From NCBI RefSeq assembly GCF_009914755.1, contig NC_060937.1: DNA of 64,000 bases. One strand, given 5' to 3'. Position numbers and translations under genes: made by a program. Below, one piece after another: positions 59,774 to 64,000 of the stretch. The notes below the pieces were generated by a model, which was not told the DNA's origin, did not search any database, and saw only the letters and a program-made list of their open reading frames with translations. Origin of the DNA: the human T2T-CHM13v2.0 reference genome, Homo sapiens. The number at the start of each line of letters is the position of its first letter. Position 1 is the stretch's first letter.

Positions 59774-62700
59774 TAGTTCTAGATCTTGATCTCAAAACGT
59801 TTATGCTCTATTTGAAATAAAATATTTGCATTTTAATTGAGAGACAGAAGTAAGTAATTAAATATATATATATATAGTTTTGGCATCAGATGGATCTACA
59901 CTCAACCCCTGGCTTGGCTATTTATACATTTGTAAAATATTGATGATAATATGTACCTTCCATGATTCTTGTGAGGATGCAAACACTTGGCATATATCAA
60001 GTTTAATAAATGGTGGACTTCTCACTGCAGTGATAAAAGATAAGATGTAAGGCAAAGATTGACAGTTGGGACACCACCATTTTCTTATGACTAGCTAAAA
60101 GGGTCTACACCATAAAGTCAACCGTAAGGTAATACTTCATTTTTTTTTTTTTTGCCCCAGATAGTAACACTCTGCTATTGTTTAGTGATTTTAGTGATTT
60201 TATACTAATTTAAATGCTTTTTTGTCTCGTCACACATTCATTTTTTAAAGTGATTTAGAGCTGATTTCTATAGCAGGCTTTAATTGTCATTTTATAATTC
60301 AGGAAGCATGACCTTTGACTCTGGCAATTTTGTTTATGATGTCAAATAATGAACTACAGTAATAAGATTCTCTTGTGGTCAAATTATTCCATTCTCATTA
60401 AATTATATAAACATATATTTTCTGAAGAGCTATAATCAGGTGTACTATTCTTGCATTGATTTGATCAGCATATTGACATCTTTTACCTGAAAAGTCTCCT
60501 TTGGGAATATTTGATGAGTATTTATTGGAATTTTCTTCAATAGATGGTGAAAGTACAAGATTCAGCAAATTTCATTCCCCTATTTTAGGTTAACAAAGAC
60601 AAAGGACGTGTGATTATTTGGGACTTTAATTTCTTTAATTAAAATATGATTGTTTGCATTATTTAAGTAACTTTGTTAGGTAATTAAATTAATAATAGTC
60701 ATCAAGCATATATTAATCTTATTTTCGTTTGCAAGAAACCGTTAATGGCCCAGGGCAGGGATATTCCAACTCTGGGAAAACTATGAACTAGATGGAGAGC
60801 GCTTTGTGCTCCTAATGATGAGATTATCTTCTTCTACTATCACCTAGGGACAAGCATCTGGAAATTAGGTAAGCTACTCCTGGAAAACCCTCATCCCCTC
60901 TATTAAATTTATTTTTTCTCTTGTTAGTGTAGGTTTTTCTCCTTGTGTCCTAAGTCCCAAAGCCTCCTTGCTGGAGAAGGTGGTTCTAATGAAAGAAAGG
61001 AGGCACCCAATATTGGAAAGACTGGAAATTTGGTGTTTCACTTCTCGTCAGGGTATTTTTATTTAAAAGTAGGTCTCAGAACAGATTGATGGTCAAATAA
61101 GGTAATAAATCAGGAACAGTGCAAATTTAGCAGGTACCGGGCCAGCTTTGTATCTCAACTCACTCAAGGATTTCAAGCACCTATCTGAAAAACTAGTTAC
61201 ACATATTCTATCATCCTCCTCACTTTGTAGAACATCTGGTGGCTTAATTAGGCATGTCTGTTTAATATAGTCTCAAGCATATTTTTGTTATTCATTGGTC
61301 TCTTTATTATACATAAATTCCTCATATCTATGTACCTTCCCAAAGGATCAGCCATAGAATTTTGTAGAGAGTGAACACATGCTCAATACCTGCTCAATAA
61401 ATGTTTGGAGAATTAAATTGAATAGGTATTGATTGCCCTCAACTGCCCTTACTCCCTAGGCTGCAGATTGAGACCAATTAGCTACAGTTCTTCAATGCAA
61501 TTGTGTAATGGATATAACTAATATTGGAGGTATTCAGTTGATCACACAATTATTTACTCATTTACACATCCATTCATTTAACTAAATATTTGTTACGTTC
61601 CTACCACATATAAGTAAGGTGACGGAAATATATAGACACATTAGATTGATTATCTGGTCACAAGGCACATATGGTAGTAATGACTCCACATAAAGTAGTG
61701 ACTGGTAAGTTTGGCCAAATATTAACTTTCAAGTCATTAGAAAATAGTCTATTGTCTAAATATGTAGAAACTTAGTATGTTATATCATTTGTCCTAAGGA
61801 AATAATGTCATTATCGTGTGAAATGGGAACTATAAAATTCCCCATAAAACAACTTCCTTTCCTCAAATTCGTCTATGTTAAAGTACTTGATTTTATTTGT
61901 TTATTCATTCAGCAGGAAAGCAAGTATCAAGCAACTTATTATGTTCTGGGTATTATTTTAAGTATTGAGTGTACAAAGATAGAGAAGAAAAAAGGGAAAA
62001 AAGATACTTAAAATGATTAAGTGTTTGGGAAGTACAGCTTACTCACATGCATGCAAATAACTATAAAATTCACAAAAATGAGAGTACTTTGCCTTCTTTT
62101 GATGTGGATATTCTGCTTTATTTCTCTTTCTTTAAGATAAATAGAAAAATAAAATATTAGCTAAGATTAAACTTTAGAGGTTTTCCTTCCTCCTATACAT
62201 ATGAAGGACATCGTATGCTATTTATGAACAAATTGTGGGATAATGATTTGAGAGTGACATCTATGATAGCATCAAGGGTAGAAGATAATTTTTATTCAAC
62301 TTCCATTGTCTGTGTCCATTCAAACAGGAATCTCATTTATTGTGACTGAGTAGGAAAAGAAATTTAGTGAATTGAATATAATTATCACATAAATAGTTTG
62401 GCTGGATTTAGTTCATTTGAATGGTCAATGCAGCATAAATATTTCCACTATTCATATTTACAGGTTTGGAAACTGTTCACGTTCCTATGTTTCATTTGTT
62501 GACAGAAGTATATTAAACATGTCATTAGGTTAAAGGGGTATAACATGGAAAGTAATATTTCTTTAGACCTTATTTTTATTTTTCATGGTTTTTTTTCCAT
62601 GCAAAAAAGACAGAAATTGTCATTTCACAATATTTAACTTTTGACTCTTTGGAGTCCTAATGATTTCAGCTCTGTTAAACCAACATATTATTTATATCGC

Positions 62701-64000
62701 AATTTCTTTTTCATGGCATTTACCAAATGAAGGAAATTACTCCTTTTATTAGCATATCTAATCATTTGTTTGCAATGACCTGATTTTTATCTCATCTATG
62801 TTGTTGCAACATAGCATATAATAACCACCAAGACTGAATTTTTTTCATTGCAGGGTTGAACCCTCCTAATTTGTCAAATCTGTTATTTGAACCAGTTGAA
62901 TTGCTAGCTTTTATCTCAATTTTTTGACTGCTGCTTAAGAGGATTAGAGGCCTTGGTCAGCTACACCAGGGTGGCTCACAGTAACAGGCGCCATTGCAGC
63001 TCAGATCCAAAAATCAATGAAGTGCGGCTCATTGAGTCTGATTGACTAAGCCTCAATTGCCCTGTGGAAAAAACCTAGTGTCAGTCTTCTCTAGTTATGC
63101 AAACCAAGTCAGACAGAAACCAGCAGCTATGTTCTTCCTTTTAAATCCAAATATTAGGAAGGTAATAGAAAGGGTGAAAGGTAGCAACAACAACAAAACT
63201 ATGAAGAAAAGACAAAGTGAAGAACTGGCCTTTGTGCCCAAAAACATACTGTGATTTATCACTTTATTAAGTCTCCAAGTTCTCTGATGAAATAGTTTTT
63301 TACTTTTAAAAATCGTCCAAAATTGCTAATTATCATCATCTCATTTTTTCTTCTAGATTTATTAAGTAAATTTACAATGCAAATTATCAAATGTAAGTTT
63401 TCTGTTTGAAATGTATATATATTTTTCTTTCCAGTGAAGTCATAAAAGAAGAACAAGTATATGACCTCTCTCATTTTTCATTCTATAGAAAATCCTATGA
63501 AATAGATGCATTTATTCTGATAGGACAACAAGTTTTTCCCTCTGCTTTATGTGACAACATGTTCTTCCCTCAGCTTTATACAACAACATGTTAACAAGGT
63601 CTTTCCTCTGCTTACATTGTAACTGAGTGAAGCAATTAAGGATCCTCACTCTCATATATTTTAGAGGGGGGAATAATTATCTTGTTCCAATTTGAAGGTG
63701 TTACTACAAGGAAAAAGTCGCCAATTCCATTTAAAAGTGAAGGCTTTCCCCCCACCGTGGAAGCTTATTATTTAAAAAAAAAAAAAGGGTCTCAGTAACT
63801 GGATCTCGTGTTTAAATAGTTCTGTCAGAACTTTCACAACTCTAGGTTACCATAATCACTCAACAAGCTGATGAGCCCTTTACCAAAAGTTGATTCCTTT
63901 AATTGTGAACAATTAGACAACATTTTCTGGGAATAAAAGAGTCTCCGGAGAGCAACAGAATTTTATATCACAGAATCACAGTGTTCTAGAGCTGTGAGTT

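Overview
This is primate (most likely human) nuclear DNA: AT-rich, with no CpG island and no intact protein-coding gene that I can support. Much of the window is interspersed repeat. It contains L1 (young L1PA to ancient L1M), Alu (AluY/S/J, FLAM), MaLR LTRs (MST, MLT1), ERV LTRs (MER52-, LTR47-, LTR16-, LTR33-, MER21-like), a decayed ERV-L gag-pol region, L2, MIR and DNA transposons (MER58A, MER5A, MER20B, MADE1, Tigger1). The ORFs I can identify are L1, Alu, LTR or L2 read-through, and the rest look like chance ORFs. There is no prokaryotic-type system here (no CRISPR array, operon or defence locus). The most notable structures are: (1) a young L1 carrying a 3'-transduced Tigger1 fragment inside one TSD (2648-3681); (2) short-range inverted duplications that look like template-switch products (32117-32215, 43731-43783, 54329-54423), two of which form pre-miRNA-sized hairpins; (3) a roughly 2.5-kb segment resembling a 3'UTR-only retrocopy (20503-23050); and (4) two exon-like segments with good splice sites that may be a decayed gene or a lncRNA (10069-11600). 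All subfamily names come from recalled consensus sequences, not from a database search.
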